DNA of 64,000 nucleotides from Macrostomum lignano (taxonomy: Eukaryota). Positions 14,423 through 25,651 of the stretch are shown one piece after another. Each line of letters opens with the position of its first letter. The first letter of the stretch is position 1. A model generated the notes under the pieces. That model was not told where the DNA came from and searched no databases. It saw nothing but the letters and a program-made list of their open reading frames with translations. The translations under genes were made by a program, and so were the position numbers. Location: assembly GCA_002269645.1 (NCBI GenBank), contig NIVC01001500.1, positions 186,001 through 250,000 of the forward strand, written 5' to 3'.

Positions 14423-15555
14423 GGAGGAATTGGTGAGATGTCAAGGCTCACGGGGAAATTGCTGAGGTGAGATGTCAAGGCTCATGGGGAAATTGCTGAG
14501 GTGAGATGTCAAGGCTCATGGGGGAATTGGTGAGATTTCAAGGCTCATGGGGGAATTGGTGAGATGTCAAGGCTCATGGGGGAATTGGTGAGATTTCAAG
14601 GCTCATGGGGGAATTGCTGAGATTTCAAGGCTCATGGGGGAATTGGTGAGATTTCAAGGCTCATGGGGGAATTGGTGAGATGTCAAGGCTCATGGGGGAA
14701 TTGCTGAGATTTCAAGGCTCATGGGGGAATTGGTGAGATTTCAAGGCTCATGGGGGAATTGGTGAGATGTCAAGGCTCATGGGGGAATTGGTGAGATGTC
14801 AAGGCTCATGGGGGAATTGGTGAGATGTCAAGGCTCATGGGGGAATTGGTGAGATGTCAAGGCTCATGGGGAATTGGTGAGATTTCAAGGCTCATGGGGG
14901 AATTGGTGAGATTTCAAGGCTCATGGGGGAATTGGTGAGATGTCAAGGCTCATGGGGGAATTGGTGAGATTTCAAGGCTCATGGGGGAATTGGTGAGATG
15001 TCAAGGCTCATGGGGGAATTGGTGAGATGTCAAGGCTCATGGGGGAATTGGTGAGATGTCAAGGCTCATGGGGGAATTGGTGAGATGTCAAGGCTCATGG
15101 GGGAATTGGTGAGATGTCAAGGCTCATGGGGGAATTGGTGAGATGTCAAGGCTCATGGGGGAATTGGTGAGATGTCAAGGCTCATGGGGGAATTGGTGAG
15201 ATGTCAAGGCTCATGGGGGAATTGGTGAGATGTCAAGGCTCATGGGGGAATTGGTGAGATGTCAAGATGTCAAGGCTCATGGGGAACTGCTGAGATGTCA
15301 AGGCTCATGGGGGAATTGGTGAGATGTCAAGGCTCATGGGGGAATTGGTGAGATGTCAAGGCTCATGGGGGAATTGGTGAGATGTCAAGGCTCATGGGGG
15401 AATTGGTGAGATGTCAAGGCTCATGGGGGAATTGGTGAGATGTCAAGGCTCATGGGGAATTGGTGAGATGTCAAGGCTCATGGGGGAATTGGTGAGATGT
15501 CGAGGCTCATGGGGGAATTGGTGAGATGTCGAGGCTCACGGGGAAATCGCTGAAA
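14423..15555. repeat. 29-bp minisatellite, ~38 copies
   Basis: GGTGAGATGTCAAGGCTCATGGGGGAATT; period 29 (15021, 15050). Confidence 0.97.
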
Positions 15556-18360
15556 TTCTGTGACTCATGGGTTACTGAGTTGCAAAGGATTAATTGGAGG
15601 TTGTTGGTAGTCCAAGCATCAAGGGGGGGAGTGAGGTTTAGGGTTAAGCCATGGCTTTAAAGGGAAGTTTTGATGATATCTTAGGCTAGCCAGCTGGCTT
15701 TGAGGTCTGATGTTTTCATGCTTTAAACATCATTTTTCTTAGGAAACTTAGTAACTATACAAGGTCAAAAGCTGCATGTGATTTTTTGATTTATTGATAA
15801 AAAATGTGATTCCTTTCTTTGCGCGAAGATTACTAGTGCGTATTTTTAAACCGCCGTCTAGATTGCAACCCACTGCAAGGGTTCCATACGAGATTATATC
15901 AGTAGATTTCGAATCCAGAGTTTCTATACGTTATTTTTACACCTATGCTCTAGAGATTCCACTTAAAAGCTAACAATTATTAACTTAAAAAATAATCTTA
16001 AATCATTTAGAATAAACAAATTAGATTGTTTTAAGCAGGCAAAAGCTTAAACAAAGAGTGCATAGTCATATAGGTGTAATATAGCCGAATAAATATGATT
16101 TATGACCAATGAAAGGCACAGAATCGCCCAATGGTAAAAACACCAAACTAGTACAAAACTGCGCCACTTAGAAGTCACAAAATACAAAAAAATCGAATGA
16201 CAGAAAAGGAAAACACTGCAGCAATGACAAAATAAATCAAACAAGGCAGTTATTAAAATTATCAACTTAGAAATAACAGCAAGCATTATCTATGCAGCTA
16301 GTATAACTCTGAAATATAAAAAACCCAAGATCATGTCAATCATTCTTACAACAACAGCCGTCTTGGCTGTTCAGTCTCATAATTGACCCACAGGATATAC
16401 TCCGCAATAGACGGAGCGGAGGTGAACTGAGAGTTTAATTAACCAGTAGCTTATATTTTCTGTATGACAACCACTGTTCAGATTGGATGCAACTTACCGA
16501 AGAGACAAAACTAATAAGCATATGCAATCATTGATCGATTCGAAAAGACCTGATAATTAATGAACAAAACGACACGAGGGGAAATTAATAACAATATGTT
16601 AAATTCATAAAAAATTACAAGAATACCGAGAGGCATTTTTTGCAAAGAGTGTATTCCATAGAACACAGTTGTTGCAGTCGATTTGGTAACAACAGCCAGT
16701 CAAAATGATTGCGCTAATTTTGTGTAGGTTGGTTCATAAGTAGCCGAACACAATTATAAACACAAAAATACGCTCGTATGCATTAATTTTTTAATCTATC
16801 ATTATTTCTTTTATGTATTGTTAACAAAACTTGTTAGTTTTTAAGTTTTACATTTTCAGTTATATAGGATTTGGGTTCGGCTACTTATGCACCATTCTGT
16901 ATTATAAATTCCATTGCATTCCATCAATAATACATGCATATAGGCAATAAATGACTGACTCGGAACAACGATGCACTCAAAATATGAAAGTCAATTGTGA
17001 CTTTATAAAAGTACGCAACAGACTTGCAATTTGCGCATTCAGGCATTTACCAAGCAAAGCTGAAAGCGTTAAACTTGGGTGAACAAGACATAGCGGACAA
17101 AAAACCCAGGGCATCGGAGCGCTGTTTAAAAAACAATCGATAAACTTCAGTCTCCAAACGGGCCAACCAATCCAATAAGGGAAAAGCTAAATTCCGCTTA
17201 GGCCAAAGAAATAAAGTTAGCCGTTAGTGGGGGTGGGGGCAAGACAGAAAGGAGGGGCGGAGTGGGGTTGGTGCAGTGGTGCTGATTGCTGATAAAAAAG
17301 GCTGACCAAATTACTCCTACCCTGCCGGCTAAATAGCAATAAAACTTGTTTAAAGTCTACAAGGAACGGGGGTGGTGGCCGGAAGGGGTGAGACGTGCCT
17401 GTGGGTTAAGGTTAAAAATCGATATCTCGCCTAACGAAACCTACCCTAGAAAGCTACGAGACGAGTCTGGGGCCTGTTCCGTGCGATATAATGCAATTAA
17501 ATTTTAATTTGTGATGCTTAAAGTCCTACCTAAACACTGCCAAAGCCATATGCACGTCGTAAAGCATTTGTAATTAAGAGTCACACTTAAATTTATTGTC
17601 AACTTAATTTTCACCAGCTTTTTACTGGGACAAAATCTAAATTTAATTACTAGAAACCCACAACATACCACTTTAAGTAGCGAAATACGAACATTTTATT
17701 ACAAAATTTACTATAAAAAACAAAACTTTATAATGATAATGATCAACAATGGAAATTAATAGAAATCAATTACAAAAGCACCTTATAAGGCTTTGCTTCA
17801 GATATCCGATAATATTGAGCTATTGAGCTAATGCTATTATAAGTAGGTAAGTAAGTAGTATAGAAAAAGACGCTTCTAGACCCAGAGCACTTTTTTAATG
17901 ACCGTTTTAAGGGTCTAGAGGGGGGACACGGGGGGTAAATAAAAAAACACATCTAAACACCATTAATACATCTAATCAAATAATGCACTTAACACCCCCC
18001 ACCCTTTTCAGTTTCGGCGAAATTGGGTGTTTAAAAAACAGCTTAAAATTAGCAAAAATGGCTTAAAAATCGCTAAAAACACCAAAAAATCGCAAAATTT
18101 AGGCTTAAAAAAACCGATTTTAAAAACAGCAAAATTTGCCATATCGAAAGCAAAAATGTCTTAAAACAGCTAAAATCGTTATAAAAACATACAAATCGCA
18201 AAAGAAAATTAAAAAAGCCTCCATAAAAAACAATATCTAAATCCAAAAATTTTTAATCCACAAAAATAACACATAAATCCATAATTAATTCCACATAAGC
18301 TCCAAACTAACGTCCACAGAATCGCACCATAGGCACGCGAACCTTCGGCTCGATCGTACC

Positions 18361-20279
18361 GAAATCCACAATAGCAACCGAAATCCACAATAGCAACCGA
18401 AATCCACAATAGCAACCGAAATCCACAATAGCAACCGAAATCCACAATAGCAACCGAAATCCACAATAGCAACCGAAATCCACAATAGCAACCGAAATCC
18501 ACAATAGCAACCGAAATCCACAATAGCAACCGAAATCCACAATAGCAACCGAAATCCACAATAGCAACCGAAATCCACAATAGCAACCGAAATCCACAAT
18601 AGCAACCGAAATCCACAATAGCAACCGAAATCCACAATAGCAACCGAAATCCACAATAGCAACCGAAATCCACAATAGCAACCGAAATCCACAATAGCAA
18701 CCGAAATCCACAATAGCAACCGAAATCCACAATAGCAACCGAAATCCACAATAGCAACCGAAATCCACAATAGCAACCGAAATCCACAATAGCAACCGAA
18801 ATCCACAATAGCAACCGAAATCCACAATAGCAACCGAAATCCACAATAGCAACCGAAATCCACAATAGCAACCGAAATCCACAATAGCAACCGAAATCCA
18901 CAATAGCAACCGAAATCCACAATAGCAACCGAAATCCACAATAGCAACCGAAATCCACAATAGCAACCGAAATCCACAATAGCAACCGAAATCCACAATA
19001 GCAACCGAAATCCACAATAGCAACCGAAATCCACAATAGCAACCGAAATCCACAATAGCAACCGAAATCCATAACAGCAACCGGAATCCATAACAGCAAC
19101 CGGAATCCATAACAGCAACCGGAATCCATAACAGCAACCGGAATCCATAACACCAACCAAAATCCATAACACCAACCAAAATCCATAACAGCAACCGGAA
19201 TCCATAACACCAACCAAAATCCATAACACCAACCAAAATCCATAACAGAAACCGGAAGCCATATTAGTAATCGGAATCCATAACAAAAACCGGAATCCAT
19301 AACACCAACCAAAATCCATAACAGCAACCGGAATCCATAACAGAAACCGGAATCCATAATAGAAACCGGAATCCATAACAGAAACCGGAATCCATAACAG
19401 AAACCGGAATCCATAACAGAAACCGGAATCCATAACAGAACCCGGAATCCATAACAGAAACCGGAATCCATAACAGAACCCGGAATCCATAACAGAAACC
19501 GGAAGCCATATTAGTAATCGGAATCCATAACAGCAACCGGAATCCACAATAGCAACCGGAATCCATAACAGAACCCGGAATCCATAACAGAACCCGGAAT
19601 CCATAACAGAAACCGGAATCCATAACAGAACCCGGAATCCATAACAGAAACCGGAAGCCATATTAGTAATCGGAATCCATAACAAAAACCGGAATCCATA
19701 ACAGAAACCGGAATCCATAATAGAAACCGGAATCCATAACAGAAACCGGAATCCATAACAGAAACCGGAATCCATAACAGAACCCGGAATCCATAACAGA
19801 AACCGGAATCCATAACAGAACCCGGAATCCATAACACCAACCAAAATCCATAACAGAAACCGGAAGCCATATTAGTAATCGGAATCCATAACAAAAACCG
19901 GAATCCATAACAGAAACCGGAATCCACAATAGCAACCAAAATCCATAACAAAAACCAAAATCCATAACAGAACCCGGAATCCATAACAGAAACCGGAAGC
20001 CATATTAGTAATCGGAATCCATAACAAAAACCGGAATCCATAACAGAAACCGGAATCCACAATAGAAACCGGAATCCACAATAGCAACCGAAATCCATAA
20101 CAAAAACCAAAATCCATAACAGAACCCGGAATCCATAACAGAAACCGGAATCCATAACAGCAACCGGAATCCATAACAGCAACCGGAATCCACAATAGCA
20201 ACCGGAATCCACAATAGCAACCGGAATCCATAACAGCAACCGGAATCCATAACAGCAACCGGAATCCACAATAGCAACC
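18361..20279 (+). repeat. 19-bp tandem array, left arm, 101 units (37 identical distal units, then variant units)
   Basis: GAAATCCACAATAGCAACC x37 (18361-19063), then GGAATCCATAACAGAAACC-type variants; 1919 bp = 101x19. Confidence 0.97.
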
Positions 20280-20323
20280 GGAAACCATACTACCTCTAAA
20301 ACTTTAAATTTTTTTCCATAAAA

Positions 20324-20983
20324 ATGGACAGAGATAATTTTGGCGGTAACCACTGCGATAAACACACTTTAAAAATGTTAAAAAGAGCAATAAAAAAAAT
20401 AAAGGCCACCATCGAAGGATCGATAGACTGCAATCGCATTTTGCCACAACTACCACAATCTCTAAAAGAGTTAAGTACATTATTAAAAAACAATACAGAG
20501 ATGCAGAAGCAAATTCCAGATGGTTTAGAAGACTGGATGGAGGGCTTAGATATTGCAATATTAAATAACAGCATATATCTGTTAACAGAATTATGGTCTA
20601 CAACTAACCAATATGTTATTAAAATTAGAGAAAAAGAAAAGAAAGAAAAAGTCCAAACGGAAGCAGAAAGACAAAAAAGAATTTATAAAGAATCTTTAAG
20701 TTTATATAAAGCGGGAATTATTACAACCATACAATATGGTACTAAGCTCCAACAGATTAAACAAATGGTTAATTATTTACTTACTTTTACAAACGATCGC
20801 CCCGAAGGGTCGCGGCCTTCGCCCGATAGGACAAACGCTGCGAACTTACGGTACGACCCGAAGGAGATAAGAAATAAAGTTAAAGAAGATCTTATATTTC
20901 TACATAATAATATTAAATTACTAAAAGAAATAGTAGAAGATATTAACAGCCTTCTACCAACACCGGAGGAAACAGATATCTAA
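20324..20983 (+). CDS. Element ORF-A, 219 aa, unknown function; paralog of the N-terminus of ORF-B
   Basis: Intronless ORF with AAAAATGGA start context; identical mirror copy at 30339-30998. Confidence 0.8.
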   Translation: MDRDNFGGNHCDKHTLKMLKRAIKKIKATIEGSIDCNRILPQLPQSLKELSTLLKNNTEMQKQIPDGLEDWMEGLDIAILNNSIYLLTELWSTTNQYVIKIREKEKKEKVQTEAERQKRIYKESLSLYKAGIITTIQYGTKLQQIKQMVNYLLTFTNDRPEGSRPSPDRTNAANLRYDPKEIRNKVKEDLIFLHNNIKLLKEIVEDINSLLPTPEETDI

Positions 20984-21017
20984 AAATAAGAAATTGTTAA
21001 TTTTTTTATCTATAAAA

Positions 21018-23951
21018 ATGGACACAAATAATTTTAGCGAAAACCAATTCGACAAAATCTTACTACATTCCATAAAAAAAGAAATAATAAATATTAATAG
21101 GTTAATAGATATCTCTATATCGCATTACACCATAGAGCCACAAATAGAAAAAAATATATATAATTTAAATGTTTTAATCGATAAACAGCTAAAGGATATT
21201 AATAATATTAATATATTAGATGGGATAAACACGTGGTTATGTTCCATATCGATGGCAACCATAACAAGAGATATTACTCTTCTAAAGGAAATGCTAGAAA
21301 TAGGTACTAATTATCTTACAAAGATTAGCAAACTTATTCCAGACGATTCCAACGAGGAACTAGAGGAACTAATAATAGATATAGAAGATAGCATGGAGGA
21401 AACAGAGGAAATAGAAGATCGCTCCGACGAAGACTCCGACGAAGACTCCGACGAAGAAATAGAGCAACCAACAGAACCAACACAGCAACCAACAGAACCA
21501 ACACAGCAACCAATAGAACCAACACAGCAACCAATAGAACCAACACGCCCACTAGAGAAAAACCAAATCGACCCCAAAGCTTTTGGACTTAGATCTGGAA
21601 CCGATAAAACCCTGCTCGAGAGAATAGGGCACAAATTACTAATCGAAAACCTAAAGCAAAATAACCTTTTATCCGACGTCGGTAAAATCGACTACACATA
21701 TAAAGAACCAAAACTAAAAGACCAAGTAGCATTAACCGATATATTTTGCGATAATATAATGCTTATTAAAATAACATCTGCACGATCGATAAGAAACTAC
21801 AAAGAAGGAGATGTAATTCCAACCAGATTTTTAATTACCGAACAACTAACTGGAGCCTACAATTCGATTATTCGAGACGCCTTTCGCGATTTTGTAACAC
21901 AACCACATTCTGTAAAGGCAAAACAAGCACTAAATTTACATACCAACACCCACGAGGATTCGATTAACCAGCAGACGATTGCAGGAATTAGAAAGGTTAT
22001 CGCAAAAGACATGGACAGAATTAATGCAAACTTTGGAAAGGATTATGTTGGAGTTACCTACAAGGTAGAATTAGCAGACATACAATTAAAAGAACTTTTA
22101 AATAAATTACCACAATTATTAGAACATCTTAAGCAAGACTATTACTATTTGTTGGACTTCGATATAACACAAGATTTAAATGGTATTTTTAATAAATACG
22201 AGGCGATGGACACACTTAGTGCCATCTTTTCTAACGAGTACAAAATAGTTTCTAACGATAGAACTGTTGGAAGGGACTGCCTTACTTGGTTATACTCTAA
22301 TTGTCGGATAAAGATATATAATAAATTTGTCTGCCAACTAACATCCGGAGGAGTAACAAAGACTCTTGGTAATAACATTTATAATTTTATTAACTGTCCA
22401 GATAAACGATTAAAAGAAACATTCTTAAATCCACTTGCTAAGGAGCATGGTTTTACACGGTTGGAAGCAACAATTTATAATTATAACTACTTTGGTAATA
22501 ACAGACTCTTTAATCCATTATTAGATGCAACGGATGTTATATTGCAACAAAAGGAACATTTACAATATCTACAATTTTATTCCGTATCCTTTACTAAAAT
22601 GTGGAGTAAAATTTCTAACGAGATAGTTAATTCTTGCATAGTTAAATCTCCAGACTTTTTACAAATAGCTTATTATGGCAATTCCTTAACGAGTAAGATA
22701 ATTGGTACACAGATAAAGCTTGTGGATAAAACAGAAGAGCATAAAGAGAGTTTTTTAAATTATGCAATCGCAGCATGTAGTTATAACCAGCTCCCCATTA
22801 ATGTCCTCCTATTGGAACAAGACCCAAAAAATAAAGCCATCGTTAATTGCACACATAAAACATTTTTAAAGCAAGGAAAAACATTTTTTACACAGAGCAC
22901 ATCGCTTTATGCAAAAATTCCAAAAGATGTTAATATAGAAGAGCTGGGATTAATTAGCACAGAAAATATAAAACCAGAAGTGTTAAGAGTTAGAAAGAAT
23001 GCCACAGCACCCCCAATTTACAAATTTACAGAGATTAATAATATAACAACCCCATTCTTAAAACCACTTGCAAAGATTGCAGAAGAATTAGAAGCTGTAG
23101 AACAAGAGCACCAGAAAACTATTACTATTGCAAAACAAAGAAAAGTAATACAAACATATATAGAAAAAAACAAGAAAGAAGTCGACCATGCTAAATACAT
23201 TAAGGATTTATGCGCAGCATTTAAATTAGAACCAGACAATTTTAAAGAAAACACAAAATACGAGATAATTGCTGCACACTTTAACCTCGACATAAAATAT
23301 CCAATTGTGTTATTAATGGCTAAAATGGCGGATGGGGAATTAAAACCATTTTATCTTAAAGGTATTAATAAACAAAAATTTATTAACTTCTATAAAAATA
23401 AAATATTAGATAAGGAAACAACGTTTGGACATTTTACATACACTAATAAATATAAGCGAAATGTTGCTATAGTCTATATCCTAAACACAACAATTCTAAA
23501 CATAACAACAGGTAAACAAATCTCTTACAAAGGAAACACGTTTACAGCAATCGATGGGTTTAAAACCAATTACAACGATCTTAACGAAGAAATTATTAAA
23601 AAAGAAGATATACAAGGTGCACGCGCGGTAAGAAATATTTTAGAAATGGAGGACAAAAGTATACTAAACAATATAAAAGTAGCACATTGTAAACATATAG
23701 AGGAACTAGAAGATGGATTCGAGGACAACGTTACAACCATTATGGTTACGATACATAGAAATAAAACACGATATATTTTTAAACTAGCAACAAAAGAAGA
23801 CCCATTTGTATCCAACGAGTTTATGGAAGAAGAGATAAGAAAGCAAAGATTAAATCTCGATTATAAATTCCATTTAACAGTCGCTAATTATAAAATAACC
23901 AAAAATCGAAAAAAGGAAAGAAGTGTTTATTTAGTAAGTCTTTTGCAATAA
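21018..23951 (+). CDS. Element ORF-B, 977 aa from the first ATG; putative Rep_trans/gpII-like rolling-circle initiator, with acidic and PTEPTQQ-repeat linker
   Basis: Long intronless ORF with motifs DFDITQD (22155), RIKIYNK (Tyr codon 22317) and TRLEA (22458). The family call is by motif resemblance only. Confidence 0.8.
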   Translation: MDTNNFSENQFDKILLHSIKKEIININRLIDISISHYTIEPQIEKNIYNLNVLIDKQLKDINNINILDGINTWLCSISMATITRDITLLKEMLEIGTNYLTKISKLIPDDSNEELEELIIDIEDSMEETEEIEDRSDEDSDEDSDEEIEQPTEPTQQPTEPTQQPIEPTQQPIEPTRPLEKNQIDPKAFGLRSGTDKTLLERIGHKLLIENLKQNNLLSDVGKIDYTYKEPKLKDQVALTDIFCDNIMLIKITSARSIRNYKEGDVIPTRFLITEQLTGAYNSIIRDAFRDFVTQPHSVKAKQALNLHTNTHEDSINQQTIAGIRKVIAKDMDRINANFGKDYVGVTYKVELADIQLKELLNKLPQLLEHLKQDYYYLLDFDITQDLNGIFNKYEAMDTLSAIFSNEYKIVSNDRTVGRDCLTWLYSNCRIKIYNKFVCQLTSGGVTKTLGNNIYNFINCPDKRLKETFLNPLAKEHGFTRLEATIYNYNYFGNNRLFNPLLDATDVILQQKEHLQYLQFYSVSFTKMWSKISNEIVNSCIVKSPDFLQIAYYGNSLTSKIIGTQIKLVDKTEEHKESFLNYAIAACSYNQLPINVLLLEQDPKNKAIVNCTHKTFLKQGKTFFTQSTSLYAKIPKDVNIEELGLISTENIKPEVLRVRKNATAPPIYKFTEINNITTPFLKPLAKIAEELEAVEQEHQKTITIAKQRKVIQTYIEKNKKEVDHAKYIKDLCAAFKLEPDNFKENTKYEIIAAHFNLDIKYPIVLLMAKMADGELKPFYLKGINKQKFINFYKNKILDKETTFGHFTYTNKYKRNVAIVYILNTTILNITTGKQISYKGNTFTAIDGFKTNYNDLNEEIIKKEDIQGARAVRNILEMEDKSILNNIKVAHCKHIEELEDGFEDNVTTIMVTIHRNKTRYIFKLATKEDPFVSNEFMEEEIRKQRLNLDYKFHLTVANYKITKNRKKERSVYLVSLLQ

Positions 23952-24441
23952 ATATATTTTTATTTTTTTACAAATGCGAATACCAAATACGAAATGCAAA
24001 TACAGAATGCGAAATGCGAATACCAAACATCCAAATAAAAAATAAAAACATGTTTATACACAAATTAAATTAAATTATTTAAGTTTTGTTTTACAACTTC
24101 TATATCTTTTAAACAACAACTTCTTAAACTATCTAAATTAATAATTTCCACATTTTTAATTCGAGGACAACGTTACAACCATTGTGGTAACGATATATTT
24201 TTAAACTAGCAACAAAAGAAGACCCATTTGTATCCAACGAGTTTATGGAAGAAGAGATAAGAAACCAAAGATTAAATCTCGATTATAAATTCCGTTTAAC
24301 AGTCGCTAATTATAAAATAACCAAGAATCGAAAAAAGGAAAGAAGTGTTTATTTAGTAAGTCTTTAGCAATAAATATATTTTTATTTTTTTACAAACACA
24401 AATACAAATACAAAATACGAAATATCCAAATAAAAACATGT

Positions 24442-24843
24442 TTATACACAAATTAAATTATTTAAGTTTTGTTTTACAACATCTTTATCTTTTAAACAAC
24501 AACTTCTTAAACTATCTAAATTAATAATTTCCACATTTTTAACCACGGATGTAGCTTTGCGAGCATCGAACTCGTCCTGCATATACATTGGCATGCTAAT
24601 TGTTGGAAGGGCAAGTAGGTTTCTTATATAATTATTAATTAAATAAATAGCATAGGGGTAACAAGGATATCCATGCTTTTTAGACATCCGCGTATACACA
24701 TTTATATCTTGGAGAGAGTCCATTTTAAAAAGAATTTTATCCTCTACATTTAATTCTTCTTTAGTTACATAAAATATTACATCCTTGGTAGATGGACAGG
24801 AGTTCGCATCCAAAATAACTTTATGGATTAATCCTCGATCCAT
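24442..24843 (-). CDS. Element ORF-D, 133 aa, unknown function; paralog of ORF-C
   Basis: AAAAATGGA start; mirror copy at 26480-26881. Confidence 0.75.
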   Translation of the reverse strand: MDRGLIHKVILDANSCPSTKDVIFYVTKEELNVEDKILFKMDSLQDINVYTRMSKKHGYPCYPYAIYLINNYIRNLLALPTISMPMYMQDEFDARKATSVVKNVEIINLDSLRSCCLKDKDVVKQNLNNLICV

Positions 24844-24904
24844 TTTTTACAATATATTTTTTATTATAAAATTTGTTTATTTTGCAACACACCAAGCTTG
24901 TCTT

Positions 24905-25247
24905 TTACACCAACAGATCCATAACTTTATTTTTTTTATTAATTAGTGGTGTAACCTTAAATGTTTCTTCCACACTAATTATATCCACACTGCTAATAGT
25001 CGACATAACTTTCCCATCTTCGAACTCCTCCACACCCAACAACGCTGGAGGCATCGGTATGTGTGGGAGACCAACTAATTTTCTAACATATATCTTAACA
25101 AGCCAAACACCATAAGGATAGCAACCATCGCACTTTATTTTTGGTTTTTTAAGATATATTCTTATATCCTCCACGTTATCTTTTAAGTAGAATCTTTTTA
25201 AAGAAAGCTTTTCTTTAGTTACATAAAAGCAGTCTTTTTTAGTATTA
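24905..25247 (-). pseudogene. 5'-truncated left-arm copy of ORF-C
   Basis: Identity with 26020-26418 stops at 25247; the ATG and upstream motif are absent. Confidence 0.7.
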
Positions 25248-25280
25248 CTCCTAATATAACCTAAAATACTAAAAATATTA

Positions 25281-25620
25281 AATAAAACCAATTATAGTTA
25301 AATAATACCAATTATAGTTAAATAATACCAATTATAGTTAAGTGCGTTCCGCGCTCGCGTGTTTTTATCTCTTTTAACTGTCTTGTATGCCCTGTGTTGT
25401 GCGCCCATGGGCGCTGCGCGCCCACGGTGGTATTCTTTTTTATATTTTATATTTTATATTTTATATTTTATATTTTATATTTTATATTTTATATTTTATA
25501 TTTTAATTTTATATTTTATATTTTATATTTTATATTTTATATTTTATATATTTTATATATTTTATATATTTTATATATTTTATATTTTTTATATTTTATA
25601 TATTTTATATATTTTATGTG
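25281..25620. promoter_or_regulatory. Origin-like module: 3x20-bp direct repeats (25281-25340), GC palindrome GCGCCCATGGGCGC (25401-25414), pure A/T tract (~25436-25617)
   Basis: The motifs are read directly; the origin function is inferred. Confidence 0.5.
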
Positions 25621-25651
25621 TTGTATTTGGTGGAGAAAAAAAGTAAACCTT

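Noticed and set aside
18361-20279. CRISPR-like array
   Set aside because: Units are contiguous 19-mers with recurring variants and no unique spacers; no cas genes; eukaryotic context
18209-20365. Long minus-strand ORFs (up to 519 aa; 680 aa in the mirror at 30957-32999)
   Set aside because: These are translations of a stop-free 19-bp repeat in all three frames (19-aa periodicity) with no coding evidence
20994-21017. TTG start of the 985-aa ORF (also the upstream starts at 26071 and 25291)
   Set aside because: Downstream ATGs match the shared AAAATGGA context and paralog N-termini; the 25291 start lies beyond the arm breakpoint
20994-23951. Assignment to Polinton/adintovirus, Helitron, CRESS or parvovirus
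   Set aside because: I see no pPolB, retroviral integrase, capsid, HUH motif or Walker-A helicase in any element ORF
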